Assembly (NCBI GenBank): GCA_037446635.1
Contig: JBBIIG010000007.1
Coordinates: 14,395-67,663 of the forward strand
Source of the DNA: a bacterium
Lineage (GTDB): Bacteria; Zhuqueibacterota; Zhuqueibacteria; Oceanimicrobiales; Oceanimicrobiaceae
Direction of reading: 5' to 3'
Length of the DNA stretch: 53,269 nt
In this document: piece by piece, positions 27,485-37,599 of the stretch
Layout of the letters: each line of letters starts with the position of its first letter
Position numbering within the stretch: position 1 is the stretch's first letter
The notes under the pieces: model-generated
What the model saw: only the letters and a program-made list of their open reading frames with translations
What the model was told of the DNA's origin: nothing
Databases searched by the model: none
Program-made: the position numbers and the translations under genes

Positions 27485-29317
27485 ATGATGAAAAGACTGC
27501 TACTCGGGATTATCATTTTAGGACTTGCCTTTGTTGGAATTGTTTTCTTTGTCCCCAACAGCAAGTATCATATTAAAAAGTTCATCAAAAGCAATTCCGT
27601 GCTTTATGATGCCGCGCGCAAAGCGGCGGAGTGGAAGCACGCGCTGGTCACAAAATTTGCGAAATCAGAATCAGCGGGCGGAACAGCGCTGCCGGATTTC
27701 TCGCGCACGAGTTGGCAGTTCAGTTTCGATTGCGCGCAGCCGGTTTCGCCGGTGCGCAACTTCTGGGGCAATTTAGGATTCGAATCGTTCAAAGGCGGAA
27801 TTCTCAATCGCGACACGCGAATTTTGTTCGATTACATGCGCGACACCAACCAGCGCGTCACCAGTGGTGATTTTCAAAACCAGGCGTTTCGTTACATTCG
27901 CGCGCACAATTTGTTCAGCAATGGCGAACCACCATGGGGCGAGGGCTGCGACATCTATCAAGTCGATGCCAGCGGCCGCGTGACGTACAACTGGCAAACC
28001 CTTGATGATGTGTTTGATCGCATTCTGCAAAGCGGCTTCAAACCGATTGTCGAATTCGGGTTCATGCCAGACGCCCTGGCTTCGATTCCAGAACGCCGGC
28101 AGAAATGGGGCAAAGCCAATATTTCGCCGCCCAAAGATTACGACCGCTGGCACGAGTTGGTGTTTGAAACCGTCAAACATTTTCGCGAACGCTACGGCGA
28201 TGCGGAAGTCGCAACCTGGTATTTCGAAGTTTGGAATGAACCAGATTTGGGCTGGGTCTTTTGGATCGAAGATCCCGATCCCAAGCGCAAGCCGTTTGGC
28301 GACATCCGCGAGTATCATAAGCTCTACGATTACGCCGCGGCAGCGGCAAAGTCCGCGTTCCCAGAAATCCGCGTCGGCGGCCCGGCCAGCGCCGGCGGCG
28401 ACGTTGAGTTGCTGCTGGAACATGTGACTCTGGGCGAAAAATATTACACCAACTCCGTGCCCATCAGCATCGATTTTGTTTCCACGCACACCTATGGCAA
28501 AGTCGGCACGTCTTGGAATAGCGGAGTGAAAAAAGGCATTTTGAATTCCGTCAAATGGAAGGTGGATCGCGCGCTGTATCACGATCACGAAAAGGTGCGC
28601 AAAACGATGCGCGAACTTCCGCTGCTGCTCACGGAAGTTGGCCCTGCGGGCGACAACTTCCCGTTTTTCAACACCCGTTACGTGGCCGCGTGGATGGTGA
28701 AAGTGGTGGATGGTTTGCTTGCCATGTCTCGCGACGCGGGCGAAGTCTACTTGCCGCAGGAGATCGTTTATTGGTCCGGTTCGCAGGTAGTGCGCCAGTT
28801 TCAGGCGGGCAAAGGCATTGCGGTATCACTGAAATGCGAGGGCGACAATGTGGTGCTGAAGCGGCCGCTGTACAATGCATTCGAAGCGCTGGCATATTTG
28901 AGAGGCCATTACATTGAGATGATCGAAGGTGCCCAGTTCGGTGACGCCGTGCGCGCGCTAGCCGCCGCGGATGCCAATCGTGTCGCCGTTATTTTTTATC
29001 ATTTAAATGAAAACGATCGCGACAACACCTCGAGTGGAAGTGTCAACATCAAACTGGCGCTGCGGAACCTTCCGTTCCAGAAATTTCAGGTGCAGTGGTA
29101 CGCAATCGATGAAGCGCATTCCAATTCATACAGCCTTTGGCAGAGCATGGGCTCGCCTAACAAAGTGCGTCGCGAACAATTTCAGGCGCTTAACAGCCGC
29201 GACGACCTCGAGTTGATGGTTGCCCCCTGGCGCGAAGAGACGGCCGACAGCGCATTTGAAAAAGAATTTGATCTTCAGCATAACAGCGTCGCCCTTTTTG
29301 TTTTGACCAGAATCTGA
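27485..29317 (+). CDS. GH39-like glycoside hydrolase, N-terminally anchored
   Basis: YIRAHNLF, KPIVEFGFMP, PPKDYDRW, WYFEVWNEPD (acid/base), VGGPA, DFVSTHTY, LLTE (nucleophile). Confidence 0.85.
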   Translation: MMKRLLLGIIILGLAFVGIVFFVPNSKYHIKKFIKSNSVLYDAARKAAEWKHALVTKFAKSESAGGTALPDFSRTSWQFSFDCAQPVSPVRNFWGNLGFESFKGGILNRDTRILFDYMRDTNQRVTSGDFQNQAFRYIRAHNLFSNGEPPWGEGCDIYQVDASGRVTYNWQTLDDVFDRILQSGFKPIVEFGFMPDALASIPERRQKWGKANISPPKDYDRWHELVFETVKHFRERYGDAEVATWYFEVWNEPDLGWVFWIEDPDPKRKPFGDIREYHKLYDYAAAAAKSAFPEIRVGGPASAGGDVELLLEHVTLGEKYYTNSVPISIDFVSTHTYGKVGTSWNSGVKKGILNSVKWKVDRALYHDHEKVRKTMRELPLLLTEVGPAGDNFPFFNTRYVAAWMVKVVDGLLAMSRDAGEVYLPQEIVYWSGSQVVRQFQAGKGIAVSLKCEGDNVVLKRPLYNAFEALAYLRGHYIEMIEGAQFGDAVRALAAADANRVAVIFYHLNENDRDNTSSGSVNIKLALRNLPFQKFQVQWYAIDEAHSNSYSLWQSMGSPNKVRREQFQALNSRDDLELMVAPWREETADSAFEKEFDLQHNSVALFVLTRI

Positions 29318-29352
29318 AATCATAACCAGCACATTCTTCTTTGGGAGGAAGC

Positions 29353-31395
29353 ATGCAACAGGGACTTTCTTTCGGGGAGCGGATTAAATCTGCGCTTCCA
29401 GTTTCAGGATTAATTTCGGCTTTAGTTGGCATCGTGGATAGCTTCTCGGTCATTCGCGCCACCGCATTGTTTTTTCCATCGGCGCTGGACAAGTTTTTTT
29501 ATGTGATTTTCGCGATGGGCGTTTATATGATGATCGGCGTGGCGGTGGCCGTGATACTGGCAATCGTGCCGTTGACATTTTTTGCCTCGAAAAAAGATAT
29601 CGCGCCGACCAGACTTTCGGCCTTCTATTTCAGCCTGTTGATTGGATTGGGCGCCGGCTTTGTAACCATTGTTGAATCCGTGACTTTTTTCTATCTTTAT
29701 CTCAATCCGATTAGAGATCTATTGAAAATCGCTGGTGTCTTGATCGCAACGTACGGACTGATTCGCGTGCTGACACTCGCCTTCAGCAGAATTGATGCGC
29801 TTTGCAACGGCGTTCATGCAATCGTGAACTTCTTGGTTCGAAAACCGGTGCTCATCGGCTTCGCAATTCTTTTCGCCATTTCATGCTTTCCGGTTTTCAA
29901 TATTTGGCCACAAACCCAGATGGCCGCACAGGAGCGTCCCAACGTCATTTTAATTTCATTTGATACCTTGGCCGCACGCCACATGAGTGCGTATGGCTAT
30001 CCGAAGCAAACCACGCCCAACCTCGATCAATTAGCTGAAGCGGGGGTGCTGTTTCAAAACCACTATTCGGTCTCGCGAACCACGCTGACTTCGCACATGT
30101 CGATTCTAACGTCAACCTATCCGGGCGTGCACAAAGTCGTAGATTCCTACACCAGCGTCTTGGATGATCGCTTTATCACCCTTGCCGAGGTTTTAAAAGA
30201 AGCCGGCTATGAAAATGCCGCGTTCGTGGATGGCACCCGCGAGCTCAACATCGGCGCGGCGCACGGTTTCGACAAAGGCTTCGATTTCTACGGTCACTCC
30301 GAGGAACGGCTTACCAAGTTCGAGCGGTTGTACGTGCTCAAGCGCTTCCTCAATTTTATTGAGACTCTTTTGCACAGCCACGGCATCCCCGACATGCACA
30401 GCGAAAAAATTTTTAGCGCGGCAGCGAATTGGCTCGGGCAGCGCCGCGGCGCTCGCCCATTTTTTCTCTTTCTACACACGTATGATATCCACTCAGATTT
30501 CGGCACCACCTTACCATACGTCTCGCCGGCTGATTTCCACAAGCATGTTTACCATGAATACCAAGGAGATTTCACCGGCTGCGGCGAAAGTGGCAAATGC
30601 GCCACTGACTATTTGGTGGAAATCAACGTCAAGCTGAGAAAGGGCAAAGCGCAGGCAGCGAAGTTGCTCTCGGACGAAGACGTCAAATACATTGCATCGC
30701 TGTACGACGCTGGCATCGAATATACCGATTACCAATTTGGCCAGTTCATGGCGAAGTTGAAAAAATTAGGCTTGTTGGAAAACACACTGATTGTCGCCAC
30801 TTCCGATCACGGCGAAGAATTTTTTCAGCACGGACAAATGAAACACACGCAATATTATGATGAAATTTTGCACGTGCCGCTGATCATGTATTTCCCCAAA
30901 AAGCTGCCATCCGGTGCACGGGTTGCGAAGCTCACGCGCTCAATTGATATTTTGCCGACGATTCTCGATCTGGTTGAAGTTGATAAAACCGCGCCGCAAT
31001 TTCAGGGGAACTCGCTCTTGGCGTTTGTAAGCGGCGAAACCAACGGCGCGGAAGTCAGCCTCTTCGGCGGCGAAGATCGCCCCGTGGATATCGATACCAA
31101 ATTTTTGCGAACGGCTTCGCACAAGATCATTCTCAATGGCGCCGATCGCCGGGATTATGAATTCAATCTCGACAAACCGTTTGAGTTGTATGATCTCACG
31201 CTCGATCCAGGTGAGCAGCAAAATCGCGCGTTGTCGGATACTGCCCGGTTTAGACAGATGTTCGTGCAAATTGAGCAGTGGACGAAGGCCTGTGCTGAAC
31301 TGCGGCAGAAACTGATACCAACAGAAAACGAGAAAAAGTTGACGTTAGATGAAAAGACCAAAGAGACCTTGCGGTCGTTAGGTTATATAAAGTAA
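29353..31395 (+). CDS. Membrane-anchored sulfatase-fold (alkaline phosphatase superfamily) protein, Thr-type, LGY tail
   Basis: About 5 N-terminal TMs; PNVILISFDTL, TLTSHMS, FLHTYDIH, TSDHGEE, HVPLI; ends TLRSLGYIK; ATG 29353 after GGAGG. Confidence 0.85.
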   Translation: MQQGLSFGERIKSALPVSGLISALVGIVDSFSVIRATALFFPSALDKFFYVIFAMGVYMMIGVAVAVILAIVPLTFFASKKDIAPTRLSAFYFSLLIGLGAGFVTIVESVTFFYLYLNPIRDLLKIAGVLIATYGLIRVLTLAFSRIDALCNGVHAIVNFLVRKPVLIGFAILFAISCFPVFNIWPQTQMAAQERPNVILISFDTLAARHMSAYGYPKQTTPNLDQLAEAGVLFQNHYSVSRTTLTSHMSILTSTYPGVHKVVDSYTSVLDDRFITLAEVLKEAGYENAAFVDGTRELNIGAAHGFDKGFDFYGHSEERLTKFERLYVLKRFLNFIETLLHSHGIPDMHSEKIFSAAANWLGQRRGARPFFLFLHTYDIHSDFGTTLPYVSPADFHKHVYHEYQGDFTGCGESGKCATDYLVEINVKLRKGKAQAAKLLSDEDVKYIASLYDAGIEYTDYQFGQFMAKLKKLGLLENTLIVATSDHGEEFFQHGQMKHTQYYDEILHVPLIMYFPKKLPSGARVAKLTRSIDILPTILDLVEVDKTAPQFQGNSLLAFVSGETNGAEVSLFGGEDRPVDIDTKFLRTASHKIILNGADRRDYEFNLDKPFELYDLTLDPGEQQNRALSDTARFRQMFVQIEQWTKACAELRQKLIPTENEKKLTLDEKTKETLRSLGYIK

Positions 31396-31419
31396 ACTTG
31401 ATGAGGTTTGAAACGAGCG

Positions 31420-33282
31420 ATGAATGAAAGAAAGACGTTAGTGAATGCGATCAAGTTGAGTTTGTATTGGGGATTGCTTTTCGGATCGCTGATTGGGTTG
31501 GCGTTGGCGGTTTACGACGTGTACGTTTCCAACCACTTTTTCCAAAAGGGGTTGACGCTGATTGTGTTCGAGGTGTTTTTCGAGAAGCTGATGCGGTCGG
31601 TCGCCAGTGCCGTGGCCATACTGTTGCTGCTCTTGCCGGCGATTGATTTCGCCAGCCGCGCCTTGTCTGAAATTAAGGACACCCGGCTCGCCAGATTTGC
31701 AGCGATCCTTGGCGGCATGCTGCTGGTTGGTGGCGGCTACTCTCTCAACAAATCGACCTGGTACCCGCCGCTACTGTCGCCCGCCGGCCTGTTGAGCAAC
31801 GGTTTCTTTGCATTGGCCTGCCTGGGTTTGACGATCGCGCTTTACAAAATTTTCCTGAAACTGAATTTGAAATTGCCGACGCCGTTTCCGGGCGCCCTGG
31901 GTAAGTTATACAACAAATGGGCGTGGGGTGGATTGCTCGTCATATTTGTGGCATTCAACGCTTACGCATATTGGCGAATCAACTCGCAGCAGCCGCAGGG
32001 ACCGAATCTTGTCATCATCACCATTGACACGTTGCGCGCCGATCGCCTCGGCTGCTACGGCTACGAACGCAACACCAGTCCAACCATCGATCGGCTGGCG
32101 CGCGAGGGCACGCTGTTCAAACACGCCTACGCCCAACGCGGCTTGACCTGGCCTTCGCTGACTTCGATGATGACGTCGCTTTATCCAAAAACCCACGGCG
32201 TTTTGAACAATCAGGTGCCGCTGGACGGCGAATTTATTACGCTAGCTGAAATTTTAAAAAACGGCGGTTATAAAACCGGCGCGTTTTTGGCGAATTTTTA
32301 CCACTCGCCCAACCGCGGTTTCGATACCAAAAAAGGCGGCGAAATCGGCGACCTCGATAAAGCCGTCACGAGTTACGCGCTGGAGTGGCTCGATTCCATC
32401 AACCCCCAAAATGATAAATTTTTTATGTGGGTGCATTATAAAAATCCCCACGATCCCTATGAGCCGCCGAAGCCCTTCACGACCTTTTTTGATTCCACTT
32501 ACACCGGCTCGTTCAACGGCAGCCGGCCAGTGCTGGATTCTATCTACGTCAACCAAATCGATCTGAGCGAGCGCGATTTGTTTCATCTCAACGCGCTCTA
32601 CGACGCCGAGATCCGATCTTCGGACAGCTACATCGAAAAAGTTTTGGCGAAGCTCGAAAAAATGGGCGTGCTGGAAAACACGCTCATCGTTTTCGCCTCC
32701 GATCACGGCGAAGAGATGTACGATCACAATTACTACTTTTTCCACAGTTGCTCGATGTACGAGGGCGTGCTGCACATTCCGCTCATCATGAAATTTCCCG
32801 GCGTCATCCCGGCCGGCAAAATCGTTGACAATCAAATCGAAAGCATCGATATTGTGCCCACGGTTTTGCAGTTAATGAAGCTTCCGCTACGAGAGGAGTT
32901 TGAGGGCCGCAGCATTATTGGTTTACTGTTTGAAGATTCCAGCGATCTCTGGCATCCGGCGTTTGGCGAGCGCGCCAGCGCCATTTATTCGATTCGCACT
33001 CCGCAGTGGAAATACATCTATAATCCCGACAACTACCACACCTACTGCTCACGCAGCGACGACGATCAAGGGGAAGGTTACATCATCGAGGCGGAGGAGC
33101 TCTATGACGTGCAAAAGGATCCGCACGAGAAGCACAACATCGTGTCGCAGCATCGCGAGGTGGCGCTGGAGCTGCGCGCCCAAATTCTCGAATGGCTCAA
33201 CACCAACAAGCGCGTTCACAAAGAATACGAACTCACCAAAGAAGCCGAGGAACGGCTGCGCGCGCTGGGGTATATAAAATGA
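31420..33282 (+). CDS. Membrane-anchored sulfatase-fold protein, Thr-type, LGY tail (alternative TTG start 31408)
   Basis: PNLVIITIDTLRAD, TWPSLTS, WVHYKNPHDPY, SDHGEE; ends RLRALGYIK. Confidence 0.85.
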   Translation: MNERKTLVNAIKLSLYWGLLFGSLIGLALAVYDVYVSNHFFQKGLTLIVFEVFFEKLMRSVASAVAILLLLLPAIDFASRALSEIKDTRLARFAAILGGMLLVGGGYSLNKSTWYPPLLSPAGLLSNGFFALACLGLTIALYKIFLKLNLKLPTPFPGALGKLYNKWAWGGLLVIFVAFNAYAYWRINSQQPQGPNLVIITIDTLRADRLGCYGYERNTSPTIDRLAREGTLFKHAYAQRGLTWPSLTSMMTSLYPKTHGVLNNQVPLDGEFITLAEILKNGGYKTGAFLANFYHSPNRGFDTKKGGEIGDLDKAVTSYALEWLDSINPQNDKFFMWVHYKNPHDPYEPPKPFTTFFDSTYTGSFNGSRPVLDSIYVNQIDLSERDLFHLNALYDAEIRSSDSYIEKVLAKLEKMGVLENTLIVFASDHGEEMYDHNYYFFHSCSMYEGVLHIPLIMKFPGVIPAGKIVDNQIESIDIVPTVLQLMKLPLREEFEGRSIIGLLFEDSSDLWHPAFGERASAIYSIRTPQWKYIYNPDNYHTYCSRSDDDQGEGYIIEAEELYDVQKDPHEKHNIVSQHREVALELRAQILEWLNTNKRVHKEYELTKEAEERLRALGYIK

Positions 33283-33304
33283 AACTCCGCGTTTCCCTCT
33301 CTAT

Positions 33305-33426
33305 CTCGTTCCCACGCTCTGCGTGGGAACGCCACGGTTAGCGAAACTTCGTTTCGCCAGGGCAAGGCAGAGCTTTGCGTTACAATGCGTGTCCGTAGGG
33401 GCGTATTGCGATACGCCCCTACGGAC
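33305..33426. repeat. Nested REP-like palindromes (CGTTCCCACGC-type plus GTAG-type)
   Basis: cgttcccacgc-tct-gcgtgggaacg at 33307-33331; perfect 16-bp stem gtccgtaggggcgtat-tgcg-atacgcccctacggac at 33391-33426. Confidence 0.85.
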
Positions 33427-33462
33427 GAATGATCCTGTTCAGATGAAAAACGAGAGAGATGA

Positions 33463-35643
33463 ATGAAACAGATGAAACAAAATTCCATTTTCACAGGCGC
33501 GCTCACCGGGTTGGCTGGCGGACTCGTGCTTTTTTTCAGCGAGTTGATATTAACCTGGGTCCACGCCGAAATCGATGTTCGAACCTATGGGTTTTATTTC
33601 TTACTTTACGTCGCCTCCGGTTTGGCGGGCGGTGCCGTGTTTTCATTTTTGTTGAAGGTGTTAACGGCGCGCATCAATTGGCTTGCAAAATTTTTAGAAA
33701 GTCCGAGCTTTTTTCTGTCGGCTTTTTTGTTTATCGTTTTTTGGGGATACACCTTCTATTACTTAAATCAGGTTATTACTCCGGGGGTGGGTGTTTTTCA
33801 ACCCTTTAGCATCGTCATTAATCTCATAATGCTTGCTTGCGCGAGCGGCATTTTCTTTTTGGCACTACGCTTTCCAGTTTCCCAAAACGCCGCGCTATCT
33901 TTTTTGGGAATGTCGGCGCTGCCGTTATCAGCGCTGGTGGCGGTGAATGTGCGCTTTTTTATTTGGCAGCCGCTGTACACGCAAACTGAGGTCGCGATTC
34001 GTGCGACCTTTGCGTTTGGCGCCGTGAGCATCATTGGCGCGGGAATCGGCTTGTTGATTTCACGACTTGTTGAAAAGAAGCCGACGCTATTCCCGCTCAT
34101 CAACTCCATTTTAGGGCTGTGCACGTTGATAGCAGTTGTTTTCTCGGGACGGCCGTCGGCGGCAAGTTTTCAAATCCATGAGCCGACGTTGTTGCGTCAG
34201 CACGAATTGCCGAACGCGAAGAACATCATTTGGATTGTGATGGACACCGCGCGCCGCGATCAATTTTCGATTTACGGCGGTGAGCCTGCCCGCCGTGACG
34301 GATCCGCTTCGCAGACGCAGGCAGGCGAGCTCGCGCGCACGCCCAATATCGACCAATTTGCCCAGGACGCGCTGGTGATGAATCGTGCCATCTCCGCCGC
34401 GCCGTGGACCATCCCGTCGCACGCCTCGATGTTCACTGGCATGTTTCCTTCGAAGCACGGCGCCGATCGCAACGTCCCCGGCGGCCGCTTCACCAATCCG
34501 CTCTCGCCGGATAATTTGACCATCGCGGAAATTCTGCAAAGCTACGGCTACGATACTGCCTGCATCGCCGCCAACGTCGCCGGCTTGTCGCGCGATTTTG
34601 GCTTCGATCAGGGCTTCAATTATTATTTTGATACCCGGCCGTTGGCGTTTCATCTGTTTTGGGGACAGGTGTTGACGATGCTGCCGGAATCTTTTCGCGC
34701 CAATCAATTGCGGGTGAATGAAATTCCCATTTCATCGGAGATCAACGGCGTGGTGTATGATTGGTTGGATCGCCGGCCAAAAAATCAGCCCTTCTTTCTG
34801 TTCATCAACTACATGGAACCGCACGATGGCGTTGAGTACATCCCCGAGCCGTTCTATTCCATGTACGGATTCAAAAAATCGGAATACGACAAAGTCTTCG
34901 AAGGCTTCGATCAATCGAAGATTGTGCATTTTGAAGCCGAGGTGACGCCAGCGCAGCAAGCGATGTTCGTGAAACTGCTGGCGCGCCGCATCTACTTTCT
35001 CGATCATCACATCGGAAAACTGCTGGCACGACTCAAAGCTGATGGCTTGTATGACGATTCGTTCATCATCATTACCTCTGATCACGGCGAGCTGAACGGC
35101 GAGCACTACTCATTTGGCCACAACACCGATTTGTACAACGAGCTGATCTGGGTGCCGCTGCTGGTGAAATATCCGGGCGCCGCTAAAACCGGCTTCAGCA
35201 ATCGCACGGTGCAGACCCTCGATATCATGCCGGAGCTGCTCAAGCATTTGAACATTCCAATTCCGGAAGAAGTGCAAGGCCAGCCTTTCGCGGAAGTGAA
35301 TCATCAAATTATTTCCGAGTTGTTTGAGCAGAAGAAGGCGCAGGCGCTGTTGTTTCCCGAACGCTACTATCGCGATCTGCGCGCCATTTACAGCACCGTC
35401 GATGGTGATTCGCTGAAATACATCTGGTCTTCCAACGGAAAAGATGAAGTGTATGACATGGCAGCCGATATATATGAGCGGAACAATATTGTGCATCTCA
35501 AGCCGGAGGCCGTCAAAAAATTGGAGCAGGAATTGAATGAGTGGTTGAAAAGTTTCCGGCCCATTGGCACGGACAACGAGGGCAAAATGAAATACAGTAA
35601 AGAAGTGGAAGAGCGGCTGCGATCGCTGGGATATTTGAAGTGA
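33463..35643 (+). CDS. Membrane-anchored sulfatase-fold protein, Thr-type, LGY tail
   Basis: About 7 TMs; NIIWIVMDTARRD, WTIPSHASMFTG, FINYMEPH, TSDHGE; ends RLRSLGYLK. Confidence 0.85.
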   Translation: MKQMKQNSIFTGALTGLAGGLVLFFSELILTWVHAEIDVRTYGFYFLLYVASGLAGGAVFSFLLKVLTARINWLAKFLESPSFFLSAFLFIVFWGYTFYYLNQVITPGVGVFQPFSIVINLIMLACASGIFFLALRFPVSQNAALSFLGMSALPLSALVAVNVRFFIWQPLYTQTEVAIRATFAFGAVSIIGAGIGLLISRLVEKKPTLFPLINSILGLCTLIAVVFSGRPSAASFQIHEPTLLRQHELPNAKNIIWIVMDTARRDQFSIYGGEPARRDGSASQTQAGELARTPNIDQFAQDALVMNRAISAAPWTIPSHASMFTGMFPSKHGADRNVPGGRFTNPLSPDNLTIAEILQSYGYDTACIAANVAGLSRDFGFDQGFNYYFDTRPLAFHLFWGQVLTMLPESFRANQLRVNEIPISSEINGVVYDWLDRRPKNQPFFLFINYMEPHDGVEYIPEPFYSMYGFKKSEYDKVFEGFDQSKIVHFEAEVTPAQQAMFVKLLARRIYFLDHHIGKLLARLKADGLYDDSFIIITSDHGELNGEHYSFGHNTDLYNELIWVPLLVKYPGAAKTGFSNRTVQTLDIMPELLKHLNIPIPEEVQGQPFAEVNHQIISELFEQKKAQALLFPERYYRDLRAIYSTVDGDSLKYIWSSNGKDEVYDMAADIYERNNIVHLKPEAVKKLEQELNEWLKSFRPIGTDNEGKMKYSKEVEERLRSLGYLK
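34285..34325. repeat. CCTGCC...GGCAGG palindromic insert, in frame within the CDS
   Basis: cctgcccgccgtgacggatccgcttcgcagacgcaggcagg between imperfect direct repeats ggtgagc/ggcgagc 45 bp apart. Confidence 0.7.
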
Positions 35644-35654
35644 GCATAATAAAA

Positions 35655-35794
35655 TGTCATTCCGAACGGAGCGCAGCGGAGTGAGGAATCTGGCGGAGAA
35701 TCGTCGCAGCGAATGCACTATGATCGAGCGTGAATGACGAATAGTGCGCCACCAGATTCCTCAGCCGACAGAAATCGTCGGCTTCGGAATGACA
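35655..35794. repeat. TGTCATTCC-family palindromic element
   Basis: tgtcattccgaa...gaggaatctgg...ccagattcctc...ttcggaatgaca; intergenic. Confidence 0.85.
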
Positions 35795-35826
35795 CGTTTT
35801 CTGTAAACATTGTAGGTTAAAAGCAC

Positions 35827-37572
35827 ATGAAAAACACTATCATCAAAATTTTTGGGGGAATGGTTTGGATCGGGTTGTTCATCTACGCCATGCGCTACAT
35901 TGGCATGCAGTGGGAATATGAGGGACTCGTCAGCCGCGGGCTGATTGTTGGAATCTCGGTGCGCAACGCCACCCATATTTTATACTCCATCGCCACGCTG
36001 GCAGCCAGCGCTTTCATCGCCACGACCATCCTGGCGTTTTTCATTCTGTTATTTCGAAAACAGCGCAGCAGCGCGCAGAATGCTGGCTTGGTGTTTTCGC
36101 TGTTATCTATCGCTATTATTGGCGGCGCGTTTTATTGGAACCAACGTACCATCGCCATGAGCAAATTGCCGGTGATTTACCGCTACTATGACAGCACCGG
36201 CCGCCTGCTGGAGCCGGAGAAGCATCTCAAAAATTTGCGCAAAGTCAACGTCATTTTTATTTCGATCGACACCTTGAATCCGATGCATCTCGGCGCGTAT
36301 GGCTATGAACGCAACACCTCGCCCACCATCGATAGTCTCGCGCGCGCCGGCGTATTTTTTCAACATGCCTTCAGCCATTCGCCGAAAACCTCGCCTTCGC
36401 ACATGAGCATGTTTACCTCGCTCTATCCCTCGGTTCATAAGATCAGCAATTGGGATAAAAATCAGGGCGGTTACTCACTCGATCATCGCATCATCACGCT
36501 GCCGGAAATTCTCAAACATGCCGGCTATCGCACCGTGGCCGTGACTGGCGGTGGCAACGTGCAGAGCTTCATCGGCTTTGGCGATGGTTTCGATGAATAC
36601 GATAACGACGAAAAAGTCTGGAGCCGCGCCCTCGAGTGGCTGGATCAAAATTACCACTCGGCGCAGCAAGGCGACTCGACGTTTTTTATGTTCCTGCACA
36701 CGTTCAAAGTACATTCGCCGTATTTGCCGCCGCCGCCGTACAACACTATGTTTGGCGAGCCATACCATGGCAAGATGGTGGACTCGGAGCAAGGGCTGCA
36801 TGAAATTTTCAGAAAGAATTACAAACCGGACGATCCGTTTCCCGGTTCGCACGATCTCTTTTGGTCGGTCGTGGATAAAAACGATCCGCGTGACGTTCAG
36901 CGCTTGATCGCTCAGTACGACGGCTGCATACGGTTTGTGAATGATAAAATGATCGGCGCGCTGCTCTCTCGCCTCAAAAAATATGATCTCACCAAAAACA
37001 CCCTCATTGTTTTCACCTCCGATCACGGCGAGGAATTTTTGCAGCACGGCGATTTTCTTCACAAAGAGCTTTACGACGAGCACATCCGCGTGCCGCTGAT
37101 CTTCAAATTTCCGGATGGCGACACCTGGAACCAGCGCGTGGTGAGCCAGCAGGTGGCGATGATCGATTTGATGCCGACGATTTTGGAATATCTCGGATTG
37201 CCGATTCCCGAAATGGTACAGGGCACCAGCCTGTTCTCCATTTTGGAAGGCAAAGAATTGAACCTGCCGGTGATGAGCGAGTGCATTGCGCTTGGCGACG
37301 TGCCGGATTACAAAAAGTCCATCCGCACCTTAGACTGGAAATATATTTTTTGGCCTACGAAAAAAGTCGAGGAACTTTACAACCTGCCCACGGACCCCGG
37401 CGAGCAAGTCAACGTTTTCAAAGAGCAGCCGGCCGTGGCGGCAGACTTCAATCGGCAGATTATGGAGTGGATGAACGACAACTCCCAGCGCGGGCAGTCC
37501 ATCCGGACGATCACCAAAGAATTTGACCAGGCCACGATCGAAAAGCTGAAATCGTTGGGATACATTCGCTAA
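35827..37572 (+). CDS. Membrane-anchored sulfatase-fold protein, Thr-type, LGY tail
   Basis: 3 TMs; NVIFISIDTL, KTSPSHMSMFTS, FLHTFKVHSPY, TSDHGEE; ends KLKSLGYIR. Confidence 0.85.
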   Translation: MKNTIIKIFGGMVWIGLFIYAMRYIGMQWEYEGLVSRGLIVGISVRNATHILYSIATLAASAFIATTILAFFILLFRKQRSSAQNAGLVFSLLSIAIIGGAFYWNQRTIAMSKLPVIYRYYDSTGRLLEPEKHLKNLRKVNVIFISIDTLNPMHLGAYGYERNTSPTIDSLARAGVFFQHAFSHSPKTSPSHMSMFTSLYPSVHKISNWDKNQGGYSLDHRIITLPEILKHAGYRTVAVTGGGNVQSFIGFGDGFDEYDNDEKVWSRALEWLDQNYHSAQQGDSTFFMFLHTFKVHSPYLPPPPYNTMFGEPYHGKMVDSEQGLHEIFRKNYKPDDPFPGSHDLFWSVVDKNDPRDVQRLIAQYDGCIRFVNDKMIGALLSRLKKYDLTKNTLIVFTSDHGEEFLQHGDFLHKELYDEHIRVPLIFKFPDGDTWNQRVVSQQVAMIDLMPTILEYLGLPIPEMVQGTSLFSILEGKELNLPVMSECIALGDVPDYKKSIRTLDWKYIFWPTKKVEELYNLPTDPGEQVNVFKEQPAVAADFNRQIMEWMNDNSQRGQSIRTITKEFDQATIEKLKSLGYIR

Positions 37573-37599
37573 TCGGATTTGATTGAAATGCTTCTTTTT

